Under the pieces are notes generated by a model, which saw only the letters and a program-made list of their open reading frames with translations, did no database searches and was not told the DNA's origin. DNA of 32,000 nt from Candidatus Heimdallarchaeota archaeon (lineage in GTDB: Archaea; Asgardarchaeota; Heimdallarchaeia; Heimdallarchaeales; Heimdallarchaeaceae): NCBI GenBank assembly GCA_019057815.1, contig JAHLWR010000013.1, positions 39,542-71,541 of the forward strand, read 5' to 3'. Below are positions 1-8,530 of this stretch, piece after piece. How positions within the stretch are numbered: the first letter of the stretch is position 1; every line of letters begins with the position of its first letter. The translations under genes were made by a program, and so were the position numbers.

Positions 1-3000
1 AATGCAAAGAGAATTCTCCCCACGATTAAACATGACGAGAACTTCTGTGTAATAAAGGAAACGTACAGAGAAATACTTCAAGATTATATGGATATAAAAA
101 ACTCTATTAGAGTAATAAAAGGACTTGAAAAGGGCGAGATTGACTTCCATATTGCCCCCTTCTCTGATTTCCCAAGTCCATTTGCTCATGGTATAGTCCT
201 ACTTGGAGTTGCAGATGTAGTACAGATAGCTGATAGAAGTGCGTTACTCAGAGAGCTTCACCAACACGTTTTACAGAGAGTATATGGAAAAGAAGGGACA
301 AAGGAGATTCTGTTTAGTAAAGAGCTTGTAGAAAGAATTTTCAATAATCGTAGTTATAAGAATCCTGAATTCCCTATTTCTTCACCGAGGTATTTAAGAA
401 ACGCAATCAAAGCTTTAGCTCCTCTTAGGGTAATAGAAAGCCTTCCTCCAAGCATATACCATCTAAGTATAGTAGACCCGGAAAAAATACGCGCTTGGAC
501 TTTAGATTTGTATAATAGCGGAGATTTAGTCTCAATCCCTATTTCCAGAGACGATAATAGATCCATTATAATGTTAGATTTTCCATTGTTTTGGAATATA
601 TATGTTAAATCTACTGAGTTTGATGATTTAGGTCAAAGTATAATTGTTCTTCTTAAAAAGAATGACAAACTATCTTCAAGAGATATTACAAATATCCTTA
701 ATGAAACAGATATTCAAGTATTTTCTAGTTTATACAAACTAGAACAGAATTTTCTAATAACAAGAATAAATTTTGAATTTTATAGAGGAAAGGTTCAATG
801 GAAGTATACACTAATCGAGAACAAAATACCGAAAGAAATTCTTAACCAAACAAAGAATCTTGATCCTGAAGAATGTCTTAAAAGAGTTTTACTGAGATAT
901 CTAAGGGTTCATGGACCTTCTACAAAGGGTCAGATAGTAGAATATTTGAAAATTGAAGAAGAAAAAGTAGATAGATCTTTATCAGAGTTTGAGCAAGACA
1001 CCAAGATTCTGAAAGGTCAATTTGTAGAGGGTACGGTCGACCACCAATATATTACCTTAGAAGACAGAGAATTGCTAAGAAATTTAAGTAATAGAAGTAT
1101 AGATTCAATAATACTATCAAATGAAGATTTGAATTATGTGAGGTATCATTTTATTATTGAGCAATATCTTGACAGAAAAATAACTGGGAAAGAAGCTGTT
1201 CTTAATATTTTAGGTGATTTTGGTTCGATAGAAGATTTAAGTTCATTGAATATACGAATACAAAATTTTGATCTGGATTGGTTAAGAAGCTTGATTGGAC
1301 AGAATGAATTGATTCGTGGACGTTTTGGTCATAATAGATTAGCTTATGTAAGCAGAGAAGTGTTTCCTCATTATTATTCATCATATGGTGACAAAATTCA
1401 GTTTACAAGTGTTGAAAATAAAGTATTATCTACGATTAAAAAGTATGGATCACTGACTAAGAGAGAAATCAGCGAATATGCAGAACTGGATAGTGATATA
1501 ACGCAAGAAAGCATAATGTTATTGGATAAAACGTTACATCTAGTTAGGAAGTCGTTACATTTTGAGTCTTTTGTTCCTAAGCGTTTCACACCTAATGTAT
1601 ATGATATTTCGACTAAATATCTAAATATAGACACACTACCATCGTACAAAGAGAGTCAAAAGTTCATACTTTTGAAACATATTCATTCGTTAGGACCCGT
1701 TTCAGTTGTGGAGCTTACTCAAGTTTCTGGGTTCAGATATAGTGATGTTGAAAGCATAATAAAACAACTTCTAAAAGCAAAGAATGTCACAGAGAAAAAA
1801 CTAACTGAAAGGGATACAAACTACTATCTAACCAAAGAACGTTATGAACAAATAGTGAAAATTAAAGCTAATTTGATTAATAATATACAATCAACAAACG
1901 AAAGGATAGTGATAATACCCAGAAATGATCCTTTTGCGAAACTCGGATTAAGGATGCATCTCCGGGACATCTATGGAGAAGGTCACATTGACCCCATACT
2001 CTTGGATGGTTCAGTCATTGGTTCGATTGAATACAAACTTCATCCAGGAAGATATTTACAAGTGTATGATTTAAAAATTGATGAGGATATAATTTTTGAC
2101 TTCTCATTGCTTCAGAAAATCGCAGCAGAATTAACGTCATATATAAGGAATGTTCATAAAGTTCTAAGTCTCCAAATTGAAGATATTAATGGAAGGTCGA
2201 TATTATCCAAGAGTAATGGAATAATTCGTGATATTTTCATTAAAACAGGCTTTCGTTTGATTCAAGATACATTAGTGGGAGGAGAAACAATCACTCGTGT
2301 TTTCAAGAAGGATCTAGTTGAAAAATTCATTATGGATATTTTGTGGCTTAGAATTGATTATCCTGCGTTGAACTCTGATAGTTTACTTTCGCTAATTAAT
2401 CAATTTGGTTGGTTAAGTTTGGAAGGGATATTTGCAAGATTTCCCGACAATATCTCTTCAGTCACATTATATCTTCTTAATAAATTACTGGAAGAAAAGA
2501 AAATAATCTATCTGAGTAATGCTTTCTACTCATTACGCTTTGCTCGTTATAGAAAAAGTGGATTGAGACGAAGGAAACAAATAAAACAAGAGCACGTGTT
2601 AATATATAAACTGATACAAAAAGGGAATTCTACAATAGCTCAACTTACAAATAAAACCGGTGATTCAATTGTTTCTGTGAGAACAGCTATTAATGCTCTT
2701 GAGACAAATGTACAAATAGGTGTTAGAAAGCTTAGTACAACCTTTAAACCCCAAGAATACTGGGATTTACAGCATTTTATTCCTGAATTAGAAGGGGAAA
2801 ATTTAGAGCTGCGTACAAATTACATTTATGATATAGTCAAAAGTTTTGGTGTAGCAACAGAGGAACAAATTATAGAAAGGGCGTCAATTACAAGTGTTTT
2901 GTCAAAAATAAGAGTCAAAGAAGCATTAGCTAAACTTGTCGAAGAGGAAAGACTCTTAGCCGGAAGATTTGTTGAAGACACCATTCATTTCTTTTATATT

Positions 3001-3402
3001 ACTAAAAAACATTTTGAGGAGTTAGAAATGCTTGAGAAACAGGAAGAATCGCTAGTCGAATACATTCCTAAACTAGCTAAAGAGAAATACTACTTACTTC
3101 CACCACATGACATTGCAAATGTAATTTTGAGAGATTTGCTTCCAGAACAGTTTGATATTACACTTGAAAGCTATAATGTTGTAATAAATCAGAAAATTGC
3201 AGCACAATTTAGCTTAGATGATTCTAATCATAAACAGTTCAGAATAAATAACCTGAATCTAGCTTCTTGGGTTAATACAGAGATGACATTCAATTACATA
3301 ATAAATGCAGTTCAATCGCTCCCTTCATTTTATCCACTGGAAGTGAAACATATAGTGATTGAACGAATTAATGGAATTTCCGTGCTTTCGTTGGTGAAAT
3401 AA
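1..3402 (+). CDS. Lhr-family ATP-dependent helicase, C-terminal part with a long tandem winged-helix/AlkZ-like extension; 5' end lies upstream of the window
   Basis: Frame +1 is open from base 1 (NAKRILPTIKHDENFCVIKETYREILQDY precedes the first Met at 88), so ORF 88..3402 is the tail of a longer gene. The first ~90 aa (ETYREIL..GLEKGEIDFHIAPFSDFPSPFAHGIVLL..LLRELH) resemble the end of the Lhr-core DEAD/H-associated domain. The rest has recurring xRGxF(V/I)E winged-helix signatures (LKGQFVEG, IRGRFGHN, LAGRFVED). It also has two LLPxxDP + hhhDGxhhG modules (IVIIPRNDPF..ILLDGSVIGSIEY; YYLLPPHDI) like Lhr-CTD / AlkZ-YcaQ proteins. By-eye similarity only. Confidence 0.6.
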   Translation, partial: NAKRILPTIKHDENFCVIKETYREILQDYMDIKNSIRVIKGLEKGEIDFHIAPFSDFPSPFAHGIVLLGVADVVQIADRSALLRELHQHVLQRVYGKEGTKEILFSKELVERIFNNRSYKNPEFPISSPRYLRNAIKALAPLRVIESLPPSIYHLSIVDPEKIRAWTLDLYNSGDLVSIPISRDDNRSIIMLDFPLFWNIYVKSTEFDDLGQSIIVLLKKNDKLSSRDITNILNETDIQVFSSLYKLEQNFLITRINFEFYRGKVQWKYTLIENKIPKEILNQTKNLDPEECLKRVLLRYLRVHGPSTKGQIVEYLKIEEEKVDRSLSEFEQDTKILKGQFVEGTVDHQYITLEDRELLRNLSNRSIDSIILSNEDLNYVRYHFIIEQYLDRKITGKEAVLNILGDFGSIEDLSSLNIRIQNFDLDWLRSLIGQNELIRGRFGHNRLAYVSREVFPHYYSSYGDKIQFTSVENKVLSTIKKYGSLTKREISEYAELDSDITQESIMLLDKTLHLVRKSLHFESFVPKRFTPNVYDISTKYLNIDTLPSYKESQKFILLKHIHSLGPVSVVELTQVSGFRYSDVESIIKQLLKAKNVTEKKLTERDTNYYLTKERYEQIVKIKANLINNIQSTNERIVIIPRNDPFAKLGLRMHLRDIYGEGHIDPILLDGSVIGSIEYKLHPGRYLQVYDLKIDEDIIFDFSLLQKIAAELTSYIRNVHKVLSLQIEDINGRSILSKSNGIIRDIFIKTGFRLIQDTLVGGETITRVFKKDLVEKFIMDILWLRIDYPALNSDSLLSLINQFGWLSLEGIFARFPDNISSVTLYLLNKLLEEKKIIYLSNAFYSLRFARYRKSGLRRRKQIKQEHVLIYKLIQKGNSTIAQLTNKTGDSIVSVRTAINALETNVQIGVRKLSTTFKPQEYWDLQHFIPELEGENLELRTNYIYDIVKSFGVATEEQIIERASITSVLSKIRVKEALAKLVEEERLLAGRFVEDTIHFFYITKKHFEELEMLEKQEESLVEYIPKLAKEKYYLLPPHDIANVILRDLLPEQFDITLESYNVVINQKIAAQFSLDDSNHKQFRINNLNLASWVNTEMTFNYIINAVQSLPSFYPLEVKHIVIERINGISVLSLVK

Positions 3403-5769
3403 ATGACAAAGGAAAATGTTAATTTGTCTCTTGAACAATTAGCAAGATATCTCGCTGAAAAACAAAACCTAACAAAACAATATATGGGTGTTAACTACAA
3501 GCATGCTATATCGATTTCTAAGAATCTTGCGTTTTTCCAAGATTCAGAATCACTTTATGCACGTATGAGAACTTTTTCCAGTTCTCTTATTCATTCTTTA
3601 ATTAAGAATAAGCTTATAGTCCAGGCTCCCTTTATCGAGAAAAAGCTTACATATGTTAGCAAAGATTTGCTTCCATTTTTTTATTTCAGCAATATAAAAG
3701 ACAATATTGAATACAAAATGCCTGAAACTAGATCAGTTTTGGAATTCATTAAGGAGCAATATATTACAACACGTCAGAAGATTGTGAGTAGATTTGGTTT
3801 ACAAAGAGAAACAATTATGGAAATACTTGCTGAGTTACGAGAAAACTACCAGATATTCATGTATTACGATGGTTCAAGGTGGACAATAAACGATTCTGAA
3901 TCACTTCTACATAAAGGTACTATGAGTCGTTCAACAGCAATAACTGAATTGGTTTTTCAAATTATCAAAAGTTTTGGACCGATAACTGTACCTCAAGTGA
4001 TGAAAGTTTTAAATCTCTCCGGAGGTAGAGTAAGTACCAGTTTGATAGATCTTTATGAAACAGAGAGAGTAATAAGAGGGTATTTTATTGAAAATTCAAG
4101 TTATGAAGCTTTTATAGCAACAGATGAACTGGCACATCTAGAACAGTATATTGAATTGTACGAAACGAAGGAAAATGTTGAGTTTCAACTTTTGCCAGCT
4201 AATGATCCACTAGTTAGATATTGGTCTTCCGCTGATTTTGCTGTAATGGATGACACCAGAAGAATATTAATAATGATATCAGGATTACCTATCTGTTCTT
4301 TTGATTATAAGGTTATTAATGACAATTTACACGTTCAGAATCTTCTAAAAACAAGTCAATATTCTTATTATGAAGAAGAAATAATCAAAAAGGTAAAAGA
4401 GTTTGCAGAGAACCAAGGGAAAATACTGGTTTTTCCAAAAACACAGTCAGAAGCTTTAGAAAATCAAGCTAAACTTTTCTATGAACAACTAAAAAAGAGA
4501 AGTTTCACTTCAAGAGGGTCTGAGTTAACTACTAGTCTATCCCACATTAAAGTTCCTCAAGACACAAGCAAAAGAATATCTTGGATAGATGTTTTTCCAT
4601 TTATTCATGACCTTCAATATCTCAACAGGAAAAGTGAATTTAAGACTAAACAAGAGCTTATCAGAGGTATAAGAAATATAGGAGTCCCTCTTCCAATAAA
4701 TTCACTTAAAGTTAGGACAAGTAGAGGAAAAGAAAATATCATCACTGATCTTCAAATAAGTAAACAGATTGCCATAGGAAAATTTGGAGGATTCTCTCGA
4801 GGTTTAATCTTGGCATCAGACTATATTTTATATTCCCGATTACGTGCTACAAAATCGATTGGTGTTTTCGAGGAAAAAGCCTTAAACTTCATACAACAAA
4901 AAGGTAAGGTAAATTTTAAGCAACTTAGAGAAGGATTGAGATTATCAGATAGAGTGATTTTAGCAACTTTAAGTAGACTTGAAGGTGCAAATGAAGTCAT
5001 ACAAGGTAAAACCTCATCTAATCAAATAGTGTGGTATCCTGTTTCAGACTATCTAAAAAACACACAAGTAAAAAGTATCTCTTCTCAAAGAGATGCGTGG
5101 TTAGAAGTTATTCACAGAATTCTTTCTACAAATTTACCTTTATCCATCAGGCAAATTGCAAACATTACAGGTTTATCAAACACACAAGTTGAAATTTATT
5201 TGAGGGAGCTTATTGCATCAAAAGGAGTAAGATCAGGTCGTTTTATAGAAGAAAATGATACTCAATACACTACAAAAGAAATAGAGGAGAGTTTAATAGG
5301 TTTTCTTTACAAAAAAGAAAGTGAGGTTCCAGAGATAGAAGGAAATGAGGTTCCAGAGATAGAAGAAAGTGAAATAATCTATTTACCAAGAGCTGATCCT
5401 TTGCTAGTATTATATCGTTCTTTTGTACTTCAAAAATTTAAAACAAGGATTCTGTTTCAAAGGTCTTTACCTTCAGAATATGGCGAACTAATGTTAATTA
5501 ATGGGCTTCCCTTCGCAGCAGTGCATATGAAGAAAGTAGAGGGAATAGAATATATTAACAACATAGAACTTTTGGCAGGATATGAAGACAATCATACATT
5601 AATGCTAATGTTGACTGCAATTAATGATTTTTACAATAAGACAAAGAAAAACGGTGAAAAGACTATACAAATTAAACAAATAAATGGAGTTCATCTGAAA
5701 TCCAACGGAGCAAGACACATAATCGCTTTAATGGATGATATGAAAATTGACTATCACATTATTCCATGA
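3403..5769 (+). CDS. Stand-alone tandem winged-helix protein, paralog of the Lhr C-terminal extension (two AlkZ/YcaQ-like modules)
   Basis: 788-aa ORF whose ATG directly follows the upstream TAA (gtgaaaTAAATGaca). It has the same motif grammar as the upstream gene: IRGYFIEN, RSGRFIEEN; FQLLPANDPL..ILIMISGLPICSFDYKV and IIYLPRADPLL..LMLINGLPFAAVHMK. Confidence 0.55.
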   Translation: MTKENVNLSLEQLARYLAEKQNLTKQYMGVNYKHAISISKNLAFFQDSESLYARMRTFSSSLIHSLIKNKLIVQAPFIEKKLTYVSKDLLPFFYFSNIKDNIEYKMPETRSVLEFIKEQYITTRQKIVSRFGLQRETIMEILAELRENYQIFMYYDGSRWTINDSESLLHKGTMSRSTAITELVFQIIKSFGPITVPQVMKVLNLSGGRVSTSLIDLYETERVIRGYFIENSSYEAFIATDELAHLEQYIELYETKENVEFQLLPANDPLVRYWSSADFAVMDDTRRILIMISGLPICSFDYKVINDNLHVQNLLKTSQYSYYEEEIIKKVKEFAENQGKILVFPKTQSEALENQAKLFYEQLKKRSFTSRGSELTTSLSHIKVPQDTSKRISWIDVFPFIHDLQYLNRKSEFKTKQELIRGIRNIGVPLPINSLKVRTSRGKENIITDLQISKQIAIGKFGGFSRGLILASDYILYSRLRATKSIGVFEEKALNFIQQKGKVNFKQLREGLRLSDRVILATLSRLEGANEVIQGKTSSNQIVWYPVSDYLKNTQVKSISSQRDAWLEVIHRILSTNLPLSIRQIANITGLSNTQVEIYLRELIASKGVRSGRFIEENDTQYTTKEIEESLIGFLYKKESEVPEIEGNEVPEIEESEIIYLPRADPLLVLYRSFVLQKFKTRILFQRSLPSEYGELMLINGLPFAAVHMKKVEGIEYINNIELLAGYEDNHTLMLMLTAINDFYNKTKKNGEKTIQIKQINGVHLKSNGARHIIALMDDMKIDYHIIP
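5317..5373 (+). repeat. In-frame 24-nt tandem duplication (about 2.3 copies) in an acidic linker
   Basis: The core gaggttccagagatagaag occurs identically at 5323-5341 and 5347-5365 and encodes SEVPEIEGNEVPEIEESE. Confidence 0.9.
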
Positions 5770-5835
5770 ACTGCCGCTACCTAAAGAAGGGGGACTTCTG
5801 CAACGTTCAGATAAATCAAAACTTAGAGGGATAGA

Positions 5836-5844
5836 TTTTTTATT
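5836..5844 (+). promoter_or_regulatory. Putative archaeal TATA box for the MEMO1-family gene
   Basis: tttttatt is centred about 27 nt upstream of ATG 5867. The same spacing is seen for other genes in this window, which suggests leaderless or short-leader mRNAs. Confidence 0.35.
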
Positions 5845-5866
5845 GAGAAAAATAAAGTTATTGTTG

Positions 5867-6709
5867 ATGATACGACATGCTCAAGTTGCTGGAACTTTTT
5901 ATTCTAGAGATGAAGATTCTTTAATAAAAGAAATAGAATCGGCTTTTACTTGCCCTTTAGGACCTGGAGAACTTCCAAAGAATGAAAAAAAAGAGGGACT
6001 TACACCTTTCTTTGTAGTTCCACATGCAGGGTATATGTATAGCGGATCTGTTGCTAGTTGGAGTTATTTGGAACTAAGCAAATTCCAACAACCACAGACA
6101 GTCATCATTCTTGGACCAAACCATCATGGGATCGGACCAGATATTGCTTTTCCTGAAAAGGTTGAAACGTGGGAAACTCCTTTTGGTTCAGTAGAAATAA
6201 ATCATAAACTCATAGATAAAATCTCAGATATTTATCCTTCTGCAAAAAGAAACGATTTAGCTCATCAAAGAGAACACTCAATTGAAGTGCAATTACCATT
6301 TTTACAGTATATTTATAGTGAACCTTTCAAGCTTATTCCAATTGGTTTAAAAAACCAAAACTACGATGTCTGCTTAATACTGGGTGAAATATTAGCAAAA
6401 GCGTGTGAAAAAGAAGATATTGTGATTATTGCTTCTTCGGATTTGACACATTATGAGTCTCATGATAAAGCAAAAGAAAAAGATTTGCAAGTTCTTCAAG
6501 CTGTAGAAGAAATGGATACGAAGAAATTATATGAAATAAAATTAGATTTGAATGTCTCAATGTGTGGTCATGGGCCAATTGGTGTAACAATTGAATCAGC
6601 AAAAAGAATGGGAAGATCTTCTGGAAAAATCTTGAAATATGCAACATCGGGAGATTCTTCGGGAATTAAAAACCAAGTAGTAGGTTATGGTTCAGTAGTT
6701 TTTTACTAA
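5867..6709 (+). CDS. MEMO1-family protein (AmmeMemoRadiSam system protein B)
   Basis: MIRHAQVAGTFY..VVPHAGYMYSG..ILGPNH..REHSIEVQLPFLQY..SSDLTHY..MCGHGPI match the conserved MEMO1/AmmeMemoRadiSam-B motifs. Internal Met 5867 (280 aa, the family-typical length) is preferred to the listed 5747 start, which overlaps the upstream gene and adds a non-conserved 40-aa leader. Confidence 0.8.
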   Translation: MIRHAQVAGTFYSRDEDSLIKEIESAFTCPLGPGELPKNEKKEGLTPFFVVPHAGYMYSGSVASWSYLELSKFQQPQTVIILGPNHHGIGPDIAFPEKVETWETPFGSVEINHKLIDKISDIYPSAKRNDLAHQREHSIEVQLPFLQYIYSEPFKLIPIGLKNQNYDVCLILGEILAKACEKEDIVIIASSDLTHYESHDKAKEKDLQVLQAVEEMDTKKLYEIKLDLNVSMCGHGPIGVTIESAKRMGRSSGKILKYATSGDSSGIKNQVVGYGSVVFY

Positions 6710-6744
6710 GAACCATTAAATAGAGATAGATATGTTCATTAACA

Positions 6745-6759
6745 TTAATAAATAAATAT
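6745..6759 (+). promoter_or_regulatory. Putative TATA box for GTPase gene
   Basis: ttaataaataaatat is centred about 27 nt upstream of ATG 6779. Confidence 0.3.
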
Positions 6760-6778
6760 CTGTGTGAGATAAACAATT

Positions 6779-7294
6779 ATGAAAAGTCAAACCATAAAAA
6801 AAGTAGTCTTAATCGGTGATGCAAGGGTAGGTAAAACATCGCTTATTAAACGCTTTGTGACAGGACTCTTTAACCCAACATACCAAATAACCTTAGGAAC
6901 AACCATAATGAAAAAAGATGTTGAGTACGCAGATAGAACTGTTACACTAAGTTTATGGGATGTAGGAGGACAAGAAGTATTTAAACAAATAAGGAGCAAA
7001 TATTATTATGGTAGTGAGGGAGCTTTAGCAGTTTGTGACGCTTCTAAGAAGATTACATTCGAAAATCTCACATCTTGGGTTGATTCTTTTAGAAAAGTTG
7101 TTGGTGATCAACCTATTGTTTTTATTGCTAATAAAAACGATTTAGCAGGACTAGAAGTCACGGAAAAAGATATGAAACAAATAGTTGAACAACACAAAAA
7201 TGCAACTTTTCTTTTTACTTCGGCAAAAAGTGGAAATAATGCGGAAAAGGCTTTCCAGACCATAGTCAATCTGATGATTGAAAGAGAGGAATAA
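6779..7294 (+). CDS. Ras-superfamily small GTPase, Rab-like
   Basis: G1 GDARVGKTS, G3 WDVGGQE, G4 NKND and G5 TSAK are in canonical order and spacing. 171 aa, followed by a double stop (taataa). Confidence 0.9.
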   Translation: MKSQTIKKVVLIGDARVGKTSLIKRFVTGLFNPTYQITLGTTIMKKDVEYADRTVTLSLWDVGGQEVFKQIRSKYYYGSEGALAVCDASKKITFENLTSWVDSFRKVVGDQPIVFIANKNDLAGLEVTEKDMKQIVEQHKNATFLFTSAKSGNNAEKAFQTIVNLMIEREE

Positions 7295-7311
7295 TAACGC
7301 TTTTAAAAGTT

Positions 7312-7785
7312 TTATTCGATTTCTTTTCGTATTAGATAAAGAGATAAAGTTAGTTCTCCAATACAACCTATTTCACTAATTTTTTCAAAATAGATAGCTG
7401 CACCATGATCTAAATCTTTCTTTGATAAACCCGGTTCAGCTCCCCCAAAAACAAGAAGAATGGTTTTTCCATCTGAGTATGATTCACTTATGGACTTGGA
7501 ATCAAATATTTCTTTGGAAAAGGGGCGACGTATGAAAAGATAAACTTCATCAGGAGAAAGCAACTCAATAGTATCCGAAATATCTTGAAGGTAAAGAAAA
7601 TTAACTTTCTGAGAGTAAGCAATTTTTTGAGCAATGGGGACACCTGAAGAGGAAGCAGCGCCACTTGCTTTAGAAAAGACAATATCACGAGAACCTAGAC
7701 CAGTCGCACTTCTCATAAAATCGCGACAAAGCTGAACACTGCTAAAATTATGCAATTGAATAATTAGTTTACCTGATGACATCAA
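7312..7785 (-). CDS. Small SPOUT-fold-like protein (COG4080/DUF2122-like, often annotated RecB-family nuclease); function uncertain
   Basis: 157-aa ORF. The C-terminal LLVFGGAEPGLSKKDL resembles SpoU/SPOUT motif 2, and the N-terminal SKASGAASSSGVPIAQ resembles the GAAAQ-GIP segment of DUF2122 proteins. The product call is weak. Confidence 0.5.
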   Translation of the reverse strand: MMSSGKLIIQLHNFSSVQLCRDFMRSATGLGSRDIVFSKASGAASSSGVPIAQKIAYSQKVNFLYLQDISDTIELLSPDEVYLFIRRPFSKEIFDSKSISESYSDGKTILLVFGGAEPGLSKKDLDHGAAIYFEKISEIGCIGELTLSLYLIRKEIE

Positions 7786-7804
7786 AAAATGTAAAGAAGT
7801 TCAG

Positions 7805-7814
7805 TATTTAAAAA
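7805..7814 (-). promoter_or_regulatory. Putative TATA box for the 7785 minus-strand gene
   Basis: The minus strand reads TTTTTAAATA, centred about 25 nt upstream of ATG (7785). Confidence 0.4.
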
Positions 7815-7952
7815 TCTCCCTTAAGGAGAACAAAAAATAAGCATAACAACGTCACTAATGTGATGTTTCAAACAACAAGTCTTAAAAAGAAAAGAAGAAC
7901 AAATAACAAAATAAAAAAAGGGAGACTATTTTAAATTAAAATAGTAAAAAAC

Positions 7953-8042
7953 GCTCCGATAGTATAGTCGCAGAATTGAGGACTGTGGTTCTCTTTGAGC
8001 AGACATCCTTAGGCGCCGGTTCAAATCCGGCTCGGGGCACCA
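7953..8042 (+). tRNA. tRNA-His(GUG) with a 16-nt intron at the canonical 37/38 position and an encoded CCA
   Basis: Acceptor GCUCCGA/UCGGGGC (U3-G70 wobble). T arm GCCGG-UUCAAAU-CCGGC. Anticodon stem GAGGA/UCCUU. Loop CU-GUG-G..A with anticodon at 7985-7987. Intron 7989-8004 lies in a bulge-helix-bulge: central helix CUGU/GCAG, bulges GGU and ACA. Discriminator A at 8039 and CCA at 8040-8042. The D-arm GUAUAGU resembles eukaryotic tRNA-His. Confidence 0.85.
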
Positions 8043-8052
8043 ATTATTTATT

Positions 8053-8087
8053 CTCTAATGAAATTAGAGTGAATTTGATGCTTTTTT
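8053..8087 (+). terminator. Hairpin plus T6 downstream of tRNA-His
   Basis: Perfect 7-bp inverted repeat ctctaat-gaa-attagag (8053-8069), followed by tttttt at 8082-8087. Confidence 0.3.
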
Positions 8088-8139
8088 AAATGGCGTAAGA
8101 ATTGGACGTAAAAAATTCTGAATTCAAAAACTTCTGCAG

Positions 8140-8144
8140 AAAAA
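8140..8144 (-). terminator. First oligo-T run downstream of the 5S rRNA gene
   Basis: The minus strand reads ACGAACUUUUUCUG. Further T5 and T6 runs lie at 8126-8130 and 8110-8115. Archaeal Pol termination at T-runs is established; use at this site is inferred. Confidence 0.35.
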
Positions 8145-8165
8145 GTTCGTCTTTCTCTCAACAGT

Positions 8166-8291
<126 letters not shown>

Positions 8292-8296
8292 CCTGT

Positions 8297-8319
8297 GCAT
8301 CCGGAACGCGTCCAGATAC
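8297..8319 (-). other. 9-bp hairpin in the 5' flank of the permuted 5S gene
   Basis: The minus strand reads GUAUCUGGA-CGCGU-UCCGGAUGC, one nucleotide upstream of CAGGAAAGUUAAG. GC-rich relative to its surroundings. Confidence 0.6.
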
Positions 8320-8364
8320 TTACTGACATCGTTGAGATGTGACTAACTGGGAGAAAGGTTGTTT

Positions 8365-8374
8365 CCTTAAAAAC
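8365..8374 (-). promoter_or_regulatory. Putative TATA box for the 5S transcript
   Basis: The minus strand reads GUUUUUAAGG. This would place the TSS near 8343, giving a leader of about 50 nt. Weak. Confidence 0.25.
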
Positions 8375-8501
8375 ATTTCTTTTAACACTATTTAGTGCAA
8401 GAGTTTAAAGCTATTTTTAGACGATTCTAAGAGAATTTAAGTTAGTATTTCACTTTTCGAACAATACAACATCAATAGCGAACATTTAAAGACACGAGCA
8501 A

Positions 8502-8512
8502 TTTATTTTAAA
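8502..8512 (+). promoter_or_regulatory. Putative TATA box for PPAT gene
   Basis: tttattttaaa is centred about 24 nt upstream of ATG 8531. Confidence 0.35.
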
Positions 8513-8530
8513 CCAGCTTAGGTGTTTTGC

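Noticed and set aside
5747-5866. The listed upstream start (5747) of the MEMO1-family ORF
   Set aside because: It overlaps the preceding gene and adds 40 non-conserved residues. A TATA-like box sits inside it at the right distance for Met 5867, and MIRHAQVAGTFY is the typical family N-terminus.
7298-7311. Palindrome cttttaaaag between the convergent GTPase and SPOUT genes as a bidirectional terminator
   Set aside because: It gives only T4 on each strand and no real stem. It is too weak to call as a feature.
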